Position numbers and translations under genes: made by a program. From contig JBBABV010000003.1 in NCBI GenBank assembly GCA_041657445.1, positions 1-56,151 on the forward strand: a stretch of 56,151 nt of DNA. The letters are read 5' to 3'. This DNA comes from Minisyncoccota bacterium (GTDB lineage: Bacteria > Patescibacteriota > Minisyncoccia > Phycocordibacterales > UBA9973). The notes under the pieces are model-generated. The model saw nothing but the letters and a program-made list of their open reading frames with translations, had not been told where the DNA came from and ran no database searches. Each line of letters begins with the position of its first letter. Position 1 is the stretch's first letter. Shown here one piece after another: positions 53,275 through 56,151 of the stretch.

Positions 53275-55434
53275 TTAAGACTTTTTAACTTTTTTATACT
53301 TAAAACACAAAGTCCTGTAAGGCAATACGTAATGTATTTTAGTTAATTTTTTTGCTAAACTTTTAACCCGATCTTTGGATTTTAAATTAATTTCTTTTTC
53401 TTTTACACAAGCAATAATGACTTCCGATAAAATTTGCAAGTCTTTATTTTTTAACCCCAATCTACATAATTCTTGTACTCCAAATCTAAGACCGCTTCTG
53501 TTTTTTGAAGGTATTCTCATTGGCAAAGTAATTATGCCTATAGAAGCTAATTTTTGAGTAATTTGCACTATATTCGGGACATCTATACAAATTTGATGAG
53601 TATTTGTTAAATTAGGTAACGGGCCAACGACATTTAATTCTTTATTTAAAAGATTTGCAAAAAGTTCTGTTTTTTTCAAAATATCTTTTGCATATTTTAT
53701 ACCGAATTTTTCCATTTCAAGCACAGCAATAAGCAATGCCAACAAACTACCAGTGTGAACACTTGAAGTGTTTTTAACAAATTCTGAATCAACTAAATTA
53801 TAAAGTTTTTTGTTATTTAATAATACAATCGATTTTTGAGGACCAGGAAAAGTTTTATGGGTACTACCTCCAAAAAAGAAATTTTGTGATTTGGGAAATT
53901 TAAAAATATGAGTAAAGTAAAATAGTTGTAGGTGTGAAATATCGTAATAAACGATCCATGTTTGTGGAATATTTTTTATTAGTTTTTCTATGTTTAATGG
54001 ATTAATTGATACTGTATGATCTAAATAAATAAAAACTTTTTCTTCTTTCCATTTTTTAACAATCCTAATAAGATCTTTGTAATTCAAATCCCAGGTATTA
54101 AAATCAAGATTTAAGGTTTCAACTTCAAAACCATGTTTTAAGGCGATACCTTTAGTTTTACTATGTCCTCCACTTTGTATGTTCAAAATAATAATTTTAT
54201 TAGCAATCTTACTAATTGCGGACATAATGATGTCCATATTGTGAATTCCGGAGAATCCTTTAGTAATAGAAAATTCAACACCATAAATTGAACAGAGTTT
54301 ATGCTCTAAAATTGCAATAATTTTCCCTAAATTTTCTCTCCCTGGCATAAAATATCTTGACCCAATTTTAGATTTTATTACATAGCGATTATTACTTTTT
54401 AAAGTATATGCACTTGAGGCTAATTCGCTCATTACGTTTTCTGAAGGAATTAGAGAAATTGTGTTAGATTCTTTGTCAACCTCATCTGAGATTAAATTTA
54501 TTATTTTTTTGTCAGATAATTTTTCGTATTTTTTACTAGATTTATTTATCTTATCGTTACTGATATTGTTATTCTTTTTTATTTTAACTAATGCTAAGAA
54601 GTTCCAAAATTTAGGCCATGATTTATTTACAGAACTAGGATTTTTAAAAACTAGTTTTTTGTTATTAATTACTCCCCACATTGCAAGCGCTTGTACAACC
54701 CTATGATCTTTTGAAGTTATGTTGCCAGTATCCTCAGCCTCTTTTATGGCAGATTCCATTTCTTGTATTCTATTTGTTTCATGTCCAATTAAACTTGGCC
54801 AGAATTTTTCACCATTTTCTTTGTTTATAAAATTAAAAACCCTGGCAAAACAATAATCATCTGAACATAAGGGTGCGTAATTTGACTCTTTATTATTTAA
54901 TAGATCATAAAAAGCATGGGCTTGCCTTTCAATTGTCCCGTCGTATTTTGGTTCCCAACATAAGCCTTTTTGGCGACATGTTTGCCAATGTTCAACTGCA
55001 TCATATGTTTCTTTTAGTTTTTGTGGCGGATTAACTAACCTTTCTTTGTCTCCACATATTACTGTAGCAGTAGCCCATTGAGTCGTTTCATTATCGAGTT
55101 TTAAAAGTTTATTTTGATTAAAATTTATAATATTAGGATTGTTGGTAATTGATCTATTTTTCAAACTTCCTTCTTTTAGAAAAGTTTTATTAAGCTTGAA
55201 TTTCCAAGACGCAAATTGAAGAAGTCTATATAATGTTGCTGACTCCCCAACATTTATATCCTGATTATTTTGCCACGCTATACTTGCGTTTTTTATTGCT
55301 AAAATATCATCGTTGATGTCTTCTTGATTATCAATAAATTTTTCAATGTCAGTATAACCATTAATAATATCTAAAACACCAATTCTTGTGAGCCAAGATT
55401 TATCTAATGGTATAAATTTATCGAATTTTTTCAT
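53275..55434 (-). CDS. Fusion protein: N-terminal reduced EPSP-synthase/MurA-like domain plus C-terminal SHMT-like PLP-dependent domain
   Basis: N-terminal part: IPLDKSWLTRIGVLDIING (compare PGDKSISHRALLLAAL), VGESATLYRLLQFAS (compare G.SGT..R.L), KDHRVVQALAMWGV (compare DDHRIAM..A.AGL). C-terminal part: LIPSENVMS (compare ASENF.S), GGHSKT (compare GGHLTHG), YYDISHL (compare DMAH), GGSTHKTFPGP (compare TTTHKTLRGP, PLP lysine), SGLRFGVQELCRLG. Confidence 0.65.
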   Translation of the reverse strand: MKKFDKFIPLDKSWLTRIGVLDIINGYTDIEKFIDNQEDINDDILAIKNASIAWQNNQDINVGESATLYRLLQFASWKFKLNKTFLKEGSLKNRSITNNPNIINFNQNKLLKLDNETTQWATATVICGDKERLVNPPQKLKETYDAVEHWQTCRQKGLCWEPKYDGTIERQAHAFYDLLNNKESNYAPLCSDDYCFARVFNFINKENGEKFWPSLIGHETNRIQEMESAIKEAEDTGNITSKDHRVVQALAMWGVINNKKLVFKNPSSVNKSWPKFWNFLALVKIKKNNNISNDKINKSSKKYEKLSDKKIINLISDEVDKESNTISLIPSENVMSELASSAYTLKSNNRYVIKSKIGSRYFMPGRENLGKIIAILEHKLCSIYGVEFSITKGFSGIHNMDIIMSAISKIANKIIILNIQSGGHSKTKGIALKHGFEVETLNLDFNTWDLNYKDLIRIVKKWKEEKVFIYLDHTVSINPLNIEKLIKNIPQTWIVYYDISHLQLFYFTHIFKFPKSQNFFFGGSTHKTFPGPQKSIVLLNNKKLYNLVDSEFVKNTSSVHTGSLLALLIAVLEMEKFGIKYAKDILKKTELFANLLNKELNVVGPLPNLTNTHQICIDVPNIVQITQKLASIGIITLPMRIPSKNRSGLRFGVQELCRLGLKNKDLQILSEVIIACVKEKEINLKSKDRVKSLAKKLTKIHYVLPYRTLCFKYKKVKKS

Positions 55435-55445
55435 TTTTATTTGTA

Positions 55446-56006
55446 TTAAAAAATTTCAGCAATACTTTCTGGTCCAATATATAATACTTTTCGCAAATTT
55501 GGATATTTTTCAAAATCTAAATCAGCAAATCTTTTTTCCTTATCATCTATAAAAACAACCTCATCATCTTTAAACTGTTCGCATATCGTTTCCACTGGTC
55601 CCTTTTTTGTATCTAAAACAGTGAAAATTTGAGCAAAAAGAGGCTCAAGACCAGTTCTTTCTACTTTTTCAAGTTGATATTCTTTTACCCCGTGAGTTAC
55701 CATATAACAATCTTTGGACTCTAATTTTTTTATTTGATTAATGAGTTCATTATTAACAAAATTTTTGCATTCCTTCATTATTTTTTCAGATAGTTCCTCT
55801 TTACTTGTTGAGGTAATATTCTCACCTTTTAAAACTGAAGCAACTAGATTATGAAGAACCCAGCCTTTTTCTTTTTCAATTGCATAATATTTTTTTACTT
55901 TGTCATATGAAACTCCAATTTCCTCAAAACACTTATACATGTGTTTTTTAAATTTCTCTGTATTAAAAAACAAGACATCATCAAAATCAAAAATATATTT
56001 AGTCAT
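55446..56006 (-). CDS. HAD-superfamily hydrolase
   Basis: Motif I FDFDDVLF and a distal FIDD motif. Confidence 0.65.
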   Translation of the reverse strand: MTKYIFDFDDVLFFNTEKFKKHMYKCFEEIGVSYDKVKKYYAIEKEKGWVLHNLVASVLKGENITSTSKEELSEKIMKECKNFVNNELINQIKKLESKDCYMVTHGVKEYQLEKVERTGLEPLFAQIFTVLDTKKGPVETICEQFKDDEVVFIDDKEKRFADLDFEKYPNLRKVLYIGPESIAEIF

Positions 56007-56038
56007 GTAAATGATATTAACATAAGGCTCTAGACTAG

Positions 56039-56151
56039 CTAAGCATTAATTATCTCTTTTAATATCTTAAGTATATCATTCTTAAAATTGTATCGCAATT
56101 CGCATTCTTTTAAATGAAGCAAGAATGTTTTTCTTGATACCCCATTGAATT
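56039..56151 (-). CDS. 3' end of an IS1595-family-like transposase (5' part lies outside the window)
   Basis: Hand translation: ...FNGVSRKTFLLHLKECELRYNFKNDILKILKEIINA* (stop at 56039-56041). This matches the characteristic C-terminal F.G......YL.E.EFR.N pattern of IS1595/ISXO2-like transposases. Confidence 0.6.
   Translation of the reverse strand, partial: FNGVSRKTFLLHLKECELRYNFKNDILKILKEIINA

Overview
AT-rich, gene-dense window coded almost entirely on the minus strand. It looks like a chromosome segment from a Candidate Phyla Radiation (Patescibacteria/Parcubacteria-like) bacterium. That assignment is an inference from three things: an insertion-bearing 16S gene that is not linked to a 23S gene, arrays of small pilin-like membrane proteins, and reduced versions of core enzymes. 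Housekeeping content: gyrA, rpsA, murE-murD-murC, radC, secA, a ddl-like gene plus a CphA-like ATP-grasp gene, one 16S rRNA gene, a deoxyhypusine-synthase-like gene, secG, an OppA-like binding protein, RNase J, guaA, a DsbB/thioredoxin pair, dgkA, two CPA2 antiporters and dinB. Mobile DNA: an intact IS481-like element (576-1568) beside a decayed transposase remnant, and the 3' end of an IS1595-type transposase at the right edge. About 44.7-56.1 kb is accessory-looking, with many small unknown, NYN, Nudix and HAD genes and truncated genes. The most unusual features are: (1) a GC-rich, roughly 400-nt element at about 51,995-52,400 built from nested perfect inverted repeats (24-25 bp enclosing a 28-bp hairpin and further hairpins). 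It lies between a wHTH/acidic-peptide operon and a two-gene cassette of unknown function, inside a zone enriched for a CCGAGG motif, and I could not assign it to any known RNA class. (2) A 719-aa fusion of an EPSP-synthase-like domain with an SHMT-like PLP domain. (3) A 16S rRNA interrupted next to the decoding centre by a ~690-nt intervening sequence carrying a decayed LAGLIDADG ORF; the 16S 3' tail also lacks a CCUCC anti-Shine-Dalgarno, and many genes look leaderless. (4) A tandem array of five VirB2/TrbC-like pilin paralogues, one of them a triple-module fusion. (5) A short cobalamin riboswitch controlling a secreted protein with transcobalamin-like domains in reversed order. All calls come from reading the sequence and the supplied ORF translations. 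No database search was run.
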